From Vulcanimicrobiaceae bacterium (GTDB taxonomy: Bacteria > Vulcanimicrobiota > Vulcanimicrobiia > Vulcanimicrobiales > Vulcanimicrobiaceae), in the NCBI GenBank assembly GCA_046262595.1, contig JBHEMM010000012.1:407-36224 (forward strand): a stretch of DNA of 35,818 nucleotides. Reading direction: 5' to 3'. A program made the translations under genes and the position numbers. This document shows, one piece after another, positions 9,203 through 18,464 of the stretch (position 1 is its first letter; every line of letters begins with the position of its first letter). Below the pieces are notes generated by a model. That model was not told the DNA's origin and did no database searches. It saw nothing but the letters and a program-made list of their open reading frames with translations.

Positions 9203-9874
9203 ATGAAACAGATTGCAAAACTCATTGGTACGGCTGCCGTATGCGCCGTCGCGTTCACCGGATGCCTGGGCGGCAACGGGGGCGGCAACGGAACGAACCC
9301 GGCGGGCCCGTCATCGTATCAGCAATTAGATCGTCTGAACCGTCCCGCGGTCAACGAAGTCTTCGCCTCGTTTGCGCAGCATCAGCAAAACAACGTGGAT
9401 CTGCCGAGCGACGATCCGGCGGTCCTTAAACCCGAAATCGTCGCGTTCATGACGAACGTTGCCGGCCGCCGCGCCGACATTGCGAACGTCGAAGGAACCG
9501 TGCTCACCCCCGACGTGCAAATTGCGGACCTGAGCGGCACGAGCACGTCGTGCATCGGAACGGCGCCCGGCACATGCAACAACTATCTCGGCGTTGAAAC
9601 AGGCGGCGCAACGCAGGCGCCCGGGGCGCTCAAGCCGTTCGGCGGCCGCGCGCTGACCGACGACATCGTCGACATCTCGCTCTCCACGATCTTCGGCTCA
9701 ACGATTCCGGCCTTACGGCTCGTGCCGACGGACGATAACAAGGAACAGGACGGGCGCGCGGATTCGTCCTTTCCGAGCGGTCACCGGCCGCAACTCACGA
9801 CCGACGGCGTGAGCTGGCAGACCGCCCCGAAACACTTCACGACGTCGTTCCCGTATCTGGGCGCGCCGCAGTAG
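9203..9874 (+). CDS. DUF4331-family C-terminal-half protein, predicted lipoprotein
   Basis: SD AGGAG; lipobox-like FTGC; QLDRLNRPAVNE, FGGRALTDD, FPYLGAPQ. Confidence 0.8.
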   Translation: MKQIAKLIGTAAVCAVAFTGCLGGNGGGNGTNPAGPSSYQQLDRLNRPAVNEVFASFAQHQQNNVDLPSDDPAVLKPEIVAFMTNVAGRRADIANVEGTVLTPDVQIADLSGTSTSCIGTAPGTCNNYLGVETGGATQAPGALKPFGGRALTDDIVDISLSTIFGSTIPALRLVPTDDNKEQDGRADSSFPSGHRPQLTTDGVSWQTAPKHFTTSFPYLGAPQ

Positions 9875-11103
9875 TGAAAAGCCTGCCCGGGTGGACGGTT
9901 CTTGCAGCGATCGCGCTTGCCGCGATCGCTGCGTGGCCGTTGATGCCGCATACCGCTCGTGCGTCCTCGGGCGCGTATGTGGCGCCCGTGCAGCCGGACT
10001 ACGCGCTGCGCGATCAGACCGTCGCGTTCTACGAAAAACGTGTACGTGATGACCGGCGCGATCAAATCAGCGCCGCTCTGCTGGGCGGCCAATATATGCA
10101 GCGCTACCGTGAATCGGGCGATGTCGACGACATCACGCGTGCGCTTGCGCAAGCGCAGCGCGCGCTCAAACTTCAACCGCAGAACAACGCGGGCGCGGAA
10201 GGCCTTATCGGCTCCGCGTACACGGCTCTGCATAAGTTCCGCGACGCTCTGCGCTACGAAACGCTCGCGCATGCCGAACAGCCGTACGACTCGAATGCAC
10301 CCGCGCAAATGGCCTCGCTCGACATGGAACTGGGCCGCTACGGCCCCGCGAAGATCATGCTTTTCAAAGCCGCAGCGATAAGGAACACGCCGACGGTTAT
10401 GGCTGTCCGGGCGCGGTACGAAGAACTCACAGGTCATCTGGATCGCGCGGCGCGTCTGCTGCAGCGCGCGATGGAAGAGACCGACGGCAACTACGACAAC
10501 AGCGCTCAAGGCCGCGCTTGGTATCATTTCCGGTTGGGCGAGGTGCTTTTTGAATCGGGCGATATGGCCGGAGCGCAGAAGCGCGAGCGGGAAGCGATCG
10601 CCATTTTTCCGAACCTGGAACTTGCGTACCGGGCGCTCGCGCGCGATTGCTTCTACGCCAACGATTGGCGCTGCGCGCTGGACGCGGGAACCAAAGGCGC
10701 CAACATCATTCCGGTACCGGAGACGCTCGGTTATAAAGCCGATGCGCAGCAAGCCCTGGGCGATGCGGCCGGCGCCGCGCAAACGCGGCAACTGATCGGC
10801 GCGATCGAGCGCATCGGAAACGCGTATCATCTGAACGATCGTTTGCTTGCAATGTACTACGCCGATCACCATCTGCGCCCGGATGACGCCTATCGTATCG
10901 CGCAGCGCGAAGTGGCATTGCGCGGCACGGAGATCTATGCGCAGGATACGCTCGCGTGGGCGGCAGCGATGGACGGCAAATGGGATGTCGCACAACGTGC
11001 GGCAAAGCGTGCGGCGCGCTACGGCACGCAGGACCCGCGCATCACATATCACGCGCGGTACATCGCGCAGCACCGCAGCCCCACTCACCCCCAGGGGCGT
11101 TAG
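9874..11103 (+). CDS. Exported tetratricopeptide-repeat protein
   Basis: Signal peptide; repeated Ala-rich helical TPR-like units; DTLAWA motif; TAGTG overlap with the upstream gene. Confidence 0.85.
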   Translation: MKSLPGWTVLAAIALAAIAAWPLMPHTARASSGAYVAPVQPDYALRDQTVAFYEKRVRDDRRDQISAALLGGQYMQRYRESGDVDDITRALAQAQRALKLQPQNNAGAEGLIGSAYTALHKFRDALRYETLAHAEQPYDSNAPAQMASLDMELGRYGPAKIMLFKAAAIRNTPTVMAVRARYEELTGHLDRAARLLQRAMEETDGNYDNSAQGRAWYHFRLGEVLFESGDMAGAQKREREAIAIFPNLELAYRALARDCFYANDWRCALDAGTKGANIIPVPETLGYKADAQQALGDAAGAAQTRQLIGAIERIGNAYHLNDRLLAMYYADHHLRPDDAYRIAQREVALRGTEIYAQDTLAWAAAMDGKWDVAQRAAKRAARYGTQDPRITYHARYIAQHRSPTHPQGR

Positions 11104-11105
11104 AT

Positions 11106-12224
11106 ATGGCTCGCGCTTTCACGGTTTCCGCTCTTGCACACGTGGCCCGGTGCGCGGTCCCGGGCGTGCGGCGCAGCGTAGCACAGATATATCTTTTTCT
11201 CACGCTGCTGAATGCTGCGGCGTGGGTGTTGGCATTCGTTGCCTTTTCGGGCAGGCCGATTCTGATCGGTGCGGCATTGCTCGCATACACTTTCGGTTTG
11301 CGTCATGCCGTCGACGCCGATCATATTTCGGCAATCGACAACGTTACGCGCAAACTGATGCACGAGCGAAAGCAGCCGGTCACCGTCGGCTTGTTCTTCT
11401 CGCTTGGACACTCGACGGTCGTTGTCGCGCTTTCCGTCGCGATTGCGGCCGGCGCGGCGTTCATGAAAGTGCATCTGCCTGGGCTGCAAAGCGTGGGCAC
11501 GGTGGTCGGAACTTCGGTTTCGGCCGGTTTCCTCTTAGTAATTGCCGCAATCAATATCTTGGTGCTAAGCGATATCGCACGCGCTTTCCGCCGCGCGCAT
11601 GACGGCGAATCGTTTGACGAGGCCGGCTTGAACGCCGTGCTCGATCAGCGCGGATTGATGGGCCGGCTGTTCCGTCCGCTTCTGAAGATTGCCGACGCGC
11701 CGTGGAAGATGTATCCGGTCGGCCTGCTTTTCGGCCTGGGGTTCGATACGGCGACGGAAGTGGGATTGCTCGGCATTGCCGCTGTTCAAGGCGGAAAGGG
11801 ATTGCCGGTCTACGACATTCTGATCTTTCCGCTCCTTTTCACGGCGGGAATGTGCCTGTTGGACACCACCGACGGCATTTTAATGCTTCGTGCATACGGC
11901 TGGGCTTTCGTCAAGCCGATGCGCAAGCTGTACTACAACATGGTCATCACGCTGGTGTCGGTTCTCGTGGCGCTCGTCATCGGTGGCATTGAAGCGTTAA
12001 ACGTGATTTCGTCGCAGCTCCATTTGGACGGCATGTTTTGGCGCGCCGCTGCGGGTGCCGGGGCGCAGTTCGGCACGCTGGGGTTCATTGTGGTGGGCAT
12101 TTTTCTGGGAAGCTGGGCCGTCTCGACGATCGTGTATAAGGTCAAGCGCTACGACGAGTTGGACCTCGTGGCGGAGCCCGCCGGCCTGCAGCGGGGCGGC
12201 GGCCGGCCGGCCAAGGCCGCTTAA
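11106..12224 (+). CDS. HoxN/HupN/NixA high-affinity nickel/cobalt permease (NiCoT)
   Basis: GLRHAVDADHISAID, FFSLGHSTVV, LFGLGFDTATE, GMCLLDTTDG. Confidence 0.95.
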   Translation: MARAFTVSALAHVARCAVPGVRRSVAQIYLFLTLLNAAAWVLAFVAFSGRPILIGAALLAYTFGLRHAVDADHISAIDNVTRKLMHERKQPVTVGLFFSLGHSTVVVALSVAIAAGAAFMKVHLPGLQSVGTVVGTSVSAGFLLVIAAINILVLSDIARAFRRAHDGESFDEAGLNAVLDQRGLMGRLFRPLLKIADAPWKMYPVGLLFGLGFDTATEVGLLGIAAVQGGKGLPVYDILIFPLLFTAGMCLLDTTDGILMLRAYGWAFVKPMRKLYYNMVITLVSVLVALVIGGIEALNVISSQLHLDGMFWRAAAGAGAQFGTLGFIVVGIFLGSWAVSTIVYKVKRYDELDLVAEPAGLQRGGGRPAKAA

Positions 12225-12262
12225 GCGTCGGATGTTTAGCGTTTAGCAACGCTGCGCGAGCA

Positions 12263-12271
12263 TGTTATACT
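12263..12271 (+). promoter_or_regulatory. Extended -10 promoter (TGnTATACT) for the dusB operon, very short leader
   Basis: TGTTATACT ends 10 nt before ATG 12282; no SD. Confidence 0.6.
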
Positions 12272-12281
12272 ACTGCTCGCC

Positions 12282-13292
12282 ATGTCCGCAACGTTCGAGC
12301 CACTGGTTATCGGCCCGCACCGCATTTCGCCCCCGCTCGTGCTGGCGCCGATGTCGGGCGTGACGAACCGCACCATGCGGGCGCTTTATAAGCCGTTCGG
12401 TCTGGGCTTGACGGTCACGGAGTTCGTTTCGGCCAACGCGCTGCAGTACGCCTCAAGCGCAAAGCGCACCATGGAGATGATCGACCAGCACGGCTTGGAA
12501 AAGCCGGTCAGCACGCAGCTCTGGGGCGACGATCCGGTGGTCATGGCCGAAGCGGCGAAAGTCGTGCGCGAATGCGGCGCCGATATCGTCGACATCAACT
12601 TCGGTTGCCCGGCTCCGAAAATTACCAAGACGAACGGCGGCTCGGCGTGCCTGCGCGACGTGGACCGCTGCGAGGCGATCATGCGCGCCGTGGTGGAGGC
12701 CGTGGATTGCCCGGTCACGATGAAGATGCGTTTGGGCTGGAGCGAAGACGCCCTGGTCTATATCGAGGTTGCGCAGCGCGCGCAAGCCGTGGGCGTGCAG
12801 GCCGTCACGCTGCATGCGCGGACGGCGCGGCAATTCTATAAGGGCAGCGCCGACTGGGGCCACATCAAGCGTTTGAAAGAAGCGGTCGCCATTCCGGTGA
12901 TCGGCAACGGGGACATTCAGGATGCGCAGACGGCCGTTGCCCGCATGCGTGAGAGCGGTGTCGACGGCATCATGCTCGGCCGCGCAACGCTGGGCAACCC
13001 GTGGCTCATCTCGCAGATACGCGATCTGATGGAAGGACGCGAGGCCTCGCAGCCGCCGTCCGCCGCCGATCGGTTGCGCTACGCGATCCGCGTGCACTTC
13101 AAAACCATGGTTGCCGAACTCGGCGAAGCGCGCGCCGTGCCGCAGATGCGCAAACATCTGGCGTTGTATTTGAAAGGCATACCCGGCGCCGCGATGCTGC
13201 GCGAGCGCATCATGCATCTCGATCGCGCGCAAGACGTTGAGACGGTGGTCGAAGAAACCATTGCCTCGCTGGAACGCGCGCTCGCGGCATGA
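12282..13292 (+). CDS. dusB: tRNA-dihydrouridine synthase B
   Basis: LAPMSGVT, DINFGCP, TMKMRLGW, HART, IGNGDI, GRATLGNPW. Confidence 0.92.
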   Translation: MSATFEPLVIGPHRISPPLVLAPMSGVTNRTMRALYKPFGLGLTVTEFVSANALQYASSAKRTMEMIDQHGLEKPVSTQLWGDDPVVMAEAAKVVRECGADIVDINFGCPAPKITKTNGGSACLRDVDRCEAIMRAVVEAVDCPVTMKMRLGWSEDALVYIEVAQRAQAVGVQAVTLHARTARQFYKGSADWGHIKRLKEAVAIPVIGNGDIQDAQTAVARMRESGVDGIMLGRATLGNPWLISQIRDLMEGREASQPPSAADRLRYAIRVHFKTMVAELGEARAVPQMRKHLALYLKGIPGAAMLRERIMHLDRAQDVETVVEETIASLERALAA

Positions 13293-14530
13293 CCTTATTC
13301 GACGAAACGTACGAAAACTACAAGGAATACGTCAATCCGCCGCTCGCGCGCGTGATGAAACTTTCCGGCAGTCCGGTTGAAGTGCGCGCGCAAGGCTGCA
13401 CGATTTGGGATCACAACGGCAAAGAGTACCTTGACTTCGCCGGCGGTTACGGGGTGTTCACGCTCGGGCACTCGCATTCGAAGATCCTTGCCGCGGTCAA
13501 AGCGCAGATGGATTTGATGTCGCTCTCGGGCAAAACGATGTTCAACATCATGCTCGGACGCGCGTCGAAACGGCTCGCCGAGCTTGCGCCGGGTGATTTG
13601 AAGATTTCGTTTTTTGCCAACAGCGGCACGGAGGCGGTTGAGGGCGCGATCAAACTCGCGCGGGCAGCGACCAAGCGGCGCAAGATTGTGGCAACGCACA
13701 ACGCGTATCACGGCAAGACGCTGGGCGCGCTTTCCGCGAGCGGGCGCGATTACTTCAAGGACCGCTATTCGCCGCTGCTTGCCGACGTCGCGCATGTCGC
13801 ATACGGCGACGTAGCGGCTCTGGACGCGCAACTGCACGACGCCGCCGCGTTCATCGTGGAGCCCGTGCAAGGCGAGGGCGGTGTGAACGTTCCTCCCGAA
13901 GGCTACTTGCGCGAAGTGCGTGCTGCGTGCGACGCGGCCGGCGCGCTGCTGATTGCCGACGAAGTGCAGACGGGTCTGGGGCGCTGCGGCTACTTGTTCG
14001 GATGCAACCGCGACGGCGTCGTGCCCGACGTGATGACGCTTGCCAAGGGCCTCTCCGGCGGCGTCATTCCGGTCGGCGCGTATATCGCGCGTCCTTCGGT
14101 TTGGAAGGCCGCGTACGCGAAAGATCCGGTCATGCACACCTCGACGTTCGGCGGCGGCGAGCTGGCCTGCGCGGCGGCGCTCGCGGCGATGCATGTGCTG
14201 ATCGAAGACAATCTCGTGGAGTGCGCGCGGGCGCGCGGCGAACAGCTGCTCTCGGGCGCACAGGCGCTCGCGAGACGCTTTCCGGCGGTGATCAAAGAGG
14301 CGCGCGGCCTGGGTTTGCTGGTCGGCGTGGAACTCACGAGCGAAGGCTACGGCGGCTGGATCATTCCCGAGATGGTCAAACGCGGCGTAACTGCCGCCTG
14401 GACGCTCAACATGCAGCGCGTTATCCGGCTCGAACCGCCGCTGGTGGTGACCGCCGCCCAGGTCGAGCGGGCGCTCGCAGCGCTGGAAGCAGGGCTGTCC
14501 ACCGCCCAAGAGAAGCTCGGCGCCCTGTAA
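13289..14530 (+). CDS. Class III PLP aminotransferase (putrescine/omega-transaminase-like)
   Basis: GGYGVFTLGH, NSGTEAVE, YHGKT, EPVQGEGG, ADEVQTGLGR, LAKGLSGG, HTSTFGG. Confidence 0.93.
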   Translation: MTLFDETYENYKEYVNPPLARVMKLSGSPVEVRAQGCTIWDHNGKEYLDFAGGYGVFTLGHSHSKILAAVKAQMDLMSLSGKTMFNIMLGRASKRLAELAPGDLKISFFANSGTEAVEGAIKLARAATKRRKIVATHNAYHGKTLGALSASGRDYFKDRYSPLLADVAHVAYGDVAALDAQLHDAAAFIVEPVQGEGGVNVPPEGYLREVRAACDAAGALLIADEVQTGLGRCGYLFGCNRDGVVPDVMTLAKGLSGGVIPVGAYIARPSVWKAAYAKDPVMHTSTFGGGELACAAALAAMHVLIEDNLVECARARGEQLLSGAQALARRFPAVIKEARGLGLLVGVELTSEGYGGWIIPEMVKRGVTAAWTLNMQRVIRLEPPLVVTAAQVERALAALEAGLSTAQEKLGAL

Positions 14531-14533
14531 CCG

Positions 14534-14971
14534 ATGCCATACGTTGAAACGTCGATCATCATCGCAGCTTCCGCCCGCGTGGTGTACGAGCTTGCAAAAG
14601 AACAGGAACGCTTTCCGCAATTCATGCCGGACGTCGAAGCCGTGACCGTGCTCGAACGTCATCCCGGCCACATTTTGACGCGCTGGAAAACGCTGGTCGA
14701 AGAAGCGCCGATCGAGTGGATCGAAGAAGACCGTTTCGACGACGCCGCGCTGCGCATCGATTACAAGCTGCTCGAAGGCGATCTCGATAAGTTCGAAGGG
14801 GCGTGGACGTTCGCGGAAGCGTCGGGCAAAACGACGGTGACGCTCGGCGTAGACTTCGATTTCGGCGTGCCGACGCTCGCCGAGCTCATCGGCCCGACGC
14901 TCGAACGCAAAGTTCGCGAAAACAGCGAGATGATGCTGCTGGCAATCAAACGCGAAGCGGAGGCAGCATGA
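14534..14971 (+). CDS. SRPBCC / polyketide-cyclase-like (START-fold) ligand-binding protein
   Basis: 145 aa; VYELAKEQERFPQFMP, EGDLDKFEGAW, C-terminal helix. Confidence 0.85.
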   Translation: MPYVETSIIIAASARVVYELAKEQERFPQFMPDVEAVTVLERHPGHILTRWKTLVEEAPIEWIEEDRFDDAALRIDYKLLEGDLDKFEGAWTFAEASGKTTVTLGVDFDFGVPTLAELIGPTLERKVRENSEMMLLAIKREAEAA

Positions 14972-16104
14972 GCCGCGCAACGTTGAACGCCACGCCGAAG
15001 TTTTGTTTTGTCGTGCATCCGCTCTCGCTTGACGACATCGTTCGCTACGAGCCCAGCGCCAAAGGCAAAGGCCCCGCGATCGTGCGCAAAATCATGGAAT
15101 GGATGCCTTCTTGGGCGGCCGTGCATGTTACCGGTGTTCGCGCGCCGGACGGCCGTGAGACCGAAGGCTGGTTTGTCTCCGCCGCGCTGCTGCCCGAGCA
15201 AATGCTCGATTTTCCGCGCGAAGAAGTGTACAAGCGCATCGTTCGCGCCATCGAAATCGGTGCGGAACTTGGAGCCGGCGTCGCGGGACTGGGCGCATTT
15301 ACCGGTGTGGTCGGCGATGGCGGCGTAACGGTTGCCGCGCGTTCTCCTATTCCGGTGACAACCGGCAATTCGCTCACCATTGCCGCCGGCGTGCAGAGCT
15401 TATTCCGGGGTGCGCGCGAGATGAACATTGACGCCGAAGAAGCGACGGCGGTCGTCGTCGGCGCAACCGGCTCGATCGGCTCCGCGTGCGTGCATCTCGT
15501 CGCTCCGCACGTCAAGCACGTGATCCTTGTCGCGCGTAACAAGACGCGGCTTGCAAAATTCCACGAATCGATCAGCGATTCGCTGCCGTGCTCGTCCTCG
15601 TATACGACCGGCATATCACAAGCGGTTCGCCAAGGGCAATTGATCCTCACCGCGACGAGTTCCACGCAAGACGTCATCGAACCGGAAGATTTGCAGACCG
15701 GCGCGGTTGTGTGCGAACTCTCGTTACCGCACGATGTGAGCCGGCGCGTCGCCGAACTTCGTCCCGACGTACTCGTCACGGAAGGCGGAAACATGCTGGT
15801 TCCGGGCGACGTCCGCTTTGATCGCGTGCGCGAGCCGGGGAAAGCGTGGGACACGAACCTTCCGCCGCGGACGGCGCTGGCTTGCATGAGCGAAACGATG
15901 GTGCTGGCGCTTGAGAACCGCCTGGAATGTTACACGCTGGGCCGCGGCATCGACCTGCAAAAAGTGATCGACATCCAAGCCATGGCTGAACGCTGCGGCT
16001 TTAAGCTTGCGGACATGCGCGCCTTCGACGCGGCGATTACACCGGAGAAGATTGCCGCAATCCGTGCAGCTGCGGACGAACGGCGCAAGAGCGCAGTGGC
16101 ATGA
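14968..16104 (+). CDS. Long-chain acyl-ACP/CoA reductase-like protein (cyanobacterial AAR / TamH reductase-domain-like)
   Basis: LGAFT, TTGNSLT, Rossmann VVGATGSIG, catalytic-Cys motif LACMSETMVL; ATGA overlap. Confidence 0.8.
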   Translation: MSRATLNATPKFCFVVHPLSLDDIVRYEPSAKGKGPAIVRKIMEWMPSWAAVHVTGVRAPDGRETEGWFVSAALLPEQMLDFPREEVYKRIVRAIEIGAELGAGVAGLGAFTGVVGDGGVTVAARSPIPVTTGNSLTIAAGVQSLFRGAREMNIDAEEATAVVVGATGSIGSACVHLVAPHVKHVILVARNKTRLAKFHESISDSLPCSSSYTTGISQAVRQGQLILTATSSTQDVIEPEDLQTGAVVCELSLPHDVSRRVAELRPDVLVTEGGNMLVPGDVRFDRVREPGKAWDTNLPPRTALACMSETMVLALENRLECYTLGRGIDLQKVIDIQAMAERCGFKLADMRAFDAAITPEKIAAIRAAADERRKSAVA

Positions 16105-17009
16105 AGCGCGTCGTATCGGTTTCATTGGGGAGCAGTTCGCGCGACCATCACGCGCAGGTCAATCTGCTCGGCGAGCAGTTCGATATCACGCGCACGGGGA
16201 CGGACGGAAAACTGGATGCCGCGATCGCGAAAGTAAAAGAGCTCGACGGGGAAGTTGACGCGATCGGCCTGGGCGGCATCGACGTTTATCTGTACGCGGG
16301 CAAAAAACGCTATGCGCTGCGCGACGGCTTACGTTTGCTCGAGGCAGCAAAACTCACGCCCGTCGTTGACGGCAGCGGATTAAAAAACACCCTCGAGCGC
16401 GAAGCCGTGCGTTTCATGCAAGACGAAATGGGCATCGATCTGAAAAACAAGCACGTGCTCATGGTGAGCGCCTTGGACCGCTTCGGCATGGCGCAGGCCC
16501 TGGTGGACGCGGGTGCGGATGTGCTCTTCGGCGATTTTATTTTCGCACTCGACTTGGACAAGCCGGTCAAGGGCTTGCATGAGTTCGAAGAGATGGCCGA
16601 AAAGTATTTGCCCGACGCGTGCAAGCTGCCGTTCCAGTTCTTCTATCCGACCGGCAAAAAACAAGACAAGCCGCCCGAACCAAAGTATCCGCAGTATTAC
16701 GAAGAAGCGGACATCATTGCCGGCGACTATCACTTCATGCGCCAGTTCATGCCCGATTCGCTTGCCGGAAAGATCGTGCTGACGAACACCGTGACCGAGG
16801 CGGACGTGGAGGAGCTGCGTAAGCGCGGCGTCTCAACGTTAATCACGACGACGCCCGACTTCCAAGGTCGTTCGTTCGGCACGAACGTCGTCGAAGCAGC
16901 GCTGCTTGCGCTGCTCGGCAAAAAGTGGGACGAAGTCACGTCGGCTGATTACGAACGATTGCTGGGCGATCTGCAGCTGCGGCCGCGTGTTGTGCAACTT
17001 TCGTCATGA
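16101..17009 (+). CDS. Conserved uncharacterised protein (family I recall being auto-annotated as 'quinate 5-dehydrogenase'; function unverified)
   Basis: KRVVSVSLGSS.RD, DAIGLGG, VVDGSGLK.TLER, TNTVT, GRSFGTNVVEA; ATGA overlap. Confidence 0.7.
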   Translation: MKRVVSVSLGSSSRDHHAQVNLLGEQFDITRTGTDGKLDAAIAKVKELDGEVDAIGLGGIDVYLYAGKKRYALRDGLRLLEAAKLTPVVDGSGLKNTLEREAVRFMQDEMGIDLKNKHVLMVSALDRFGMAQALVDAGADVLFGDFIFALDLDKPVKGLHEFEEMAEKYLPDACKLPFQFFYPTGKKQDKPPEPKYPQYYEEADIIAGDYHFMRQFMPDSLAGKIVLTNTVTEADVEELRKRGVSTLITTTPDFQGRSFGTNVVEAALLALLGKKWDEVTSADYERLLGDLQLRPRVVQLSS

Positions 17010-17014
17010 CGTAG

Positions 17015-18187
17015 ATGCAGCTGTTCGATCCGGCAGAACACGAGCCGCTCTCTTCCAAACCGTGGAACGATACCATTGCATGCGATTTCATTTGCGATGT
17101 CGTATCGGCAGCAGATTTGTCCTTCGATCCCGCGCTTGGCTGGCCGATGCATCCCGAAGACCGGTACGGTGAGGAACCGCGGCCGCTGGACCGCGGCGTC
17201 TATTCGGGGCTCTGCGGCACCGCGTGGACGGTTTCTAAGCTGGCAGCGTCGTACGGCATGACGCTGCGCAACAACTATGCCGCCGCAGTGCAAGCTGCCG
17301 CTGCCGAGATGCAGGTCCCTTCGTTTTTCATGGGCCGGGCCGGCGCATACGCGTCATGGTACGCAATTGCCAAGGAAGAGCAAGCCCTTGATGGCATTGA
17401 GGCCGCGGTGCAGGAAAACGCGGGCAACGTAACCCACGAGATGTTTTGGGGATCGCCCGGCAGCGCGATTGCGGCGCTGCTGGTGCGCGAATTTTCCGGA
17501 ACGACGCGCTTTGACGGCCTGTTGCGAGCCGTCCAGAACGAAATGTGGGACTCGTGGCGCAGCGGTGAAGAAGATGCCGCTCTGCTGTGGGTGCAAGACA
17601 TGTACGGACGGCGCCAATTTTACGTCGGAGCCGGGCACGGCGCATTCGGAAATCTCACCGTCTTTGCGCGCGCTATCGATCTGCTGTCGCCGAGCCGGCG
17701 CAATGAGCTGCACGAACGCGTCGTTGCGCTGCTCGATCGTTACGTTCTTCGTGACGGCGATGCGGCGAATTGGTTTTCCCTGGGTGACCCACTATCGGGC
17801 AACCGTATGCAATGGTGCCATGGGGCGCCCGGCGCTATCATAAGCCTGTCGGCATACCCCACCGTCGATCGCCATATCGAAACCCTTTTGAAAGCGGGCG
17901 GCGAAGGTATTTGGCGGGCAGGCCCGATCCGCAAAGGTCCGGGTCTGTGCCACGGAACCGCGGGCAATGGTTACGCCTTGCTGCGCCTGGCGCAGCGAAC
18001 CGGAGATGCGGTCTGGCTCGAACGCGCGCAGCGTTTCGCTATGCACGCTATCGAGCAGGCTGCGCGCTGGCGTGTTGAGTTCGGAATGCGTTCGTACAGC
18101 TTATGGACCGGCGAACTTGGTGTTGCAGCATTTGCCGACAGTGTGCTGCGGCACGATGCGGCGTTTCCCGCACTCGAGCTTTTGTAG
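17015..18187 (+). CDS. LanC-like (lanthionine synthetase C-like) protein, stand-alone
   Basis: GAGHGAFG, QWCHGAPG, GLCHGTAGNG (Zn-ligand Cys, Cys-His), SLWTG. Confidence 0.88.
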   Translation: MQLFDPAEHEPLSSKPWNDTIACDFICDVVSAADLSFDPALGWPMHPEDRYGEEPRPLDRGVYSGLCGTAWTVSKLAASYGMTLRNNYAAAVQAAAAEMQVPSFFMGRAGAYASWYAIAKEEQALDGIEAAVQENAGNVTHEMFWGSPGSAIAALLVREFSGTTRFDGLLRAVQNEMWDSWRSGEEDAALLWVQDMYGRRQFYVGAGHGAFGNLTVFARAIDLLSPSRRNELHERVVALLDRYVLRDGDAANWFSLGDPLSGNRMQWCHGAPGAIISLSAYPTVDRHIETLLKAGGEGIWRAGPIRKGPGLCHGTAGNGYALLRLAQRTGDAVWLERAQRFAMHAIEQAARWRVEFGMRSYSLWTGELGVAAFADSVLRHDAAFPALELL

Positions 18188-18464
18188 CGGCGCTCATTTC
18201 TACCGGCGCCGCGCTCCGGGCCCTCGGCCGCGTCGGACGAACCGCCGCCGGGTGCGCACGGGAACTTTTGCGCCTCTTGCGGGGTTGATCACCCTTACCG
18301 GCGCAGCGGCAACCGCGGTTCCCTTCGCCGCTCCGGCGGGAAGCTAAAGTGTCGGAAAAGTTGCAGGCCAGCTACCCGGGCACTGCGAACCAACCGCGCT
18401 GGCATTAAAGACTCTCCGGCCGTTTTAAGCCGGACCCTTACTTACTGCACTCGAGGTCCATCAG

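Noticed and set aside
8420..9874. Split DUF4331 as a pseudogene
   Set aside because: The second ORF has its own SD and lipoprotein signal, indicating a deliberate two-gene arrangement
9781..11088. 435-aa minus-strand ORF, and similar ones at 19369-20529, 27191-28393 and 29023-30201
   Set aside because: They overlap well-supported plus-strand genes and have no recognisable domains
13295..14980. 561-aa minus-strand ORF
   Set aside because: Antisense shadow of the aminotransferase and SRPBCC genes
18200..18292. 30-aa Arg-rich minus-strand ORF (VINPARGAKVPVRTRRRFVRRGRGPGARRR) as a LanC precursor peptide
   Set aside because: No Cys or Ser and no leader; its coding status is unsupported, though a small basic peptide cannot be excluded
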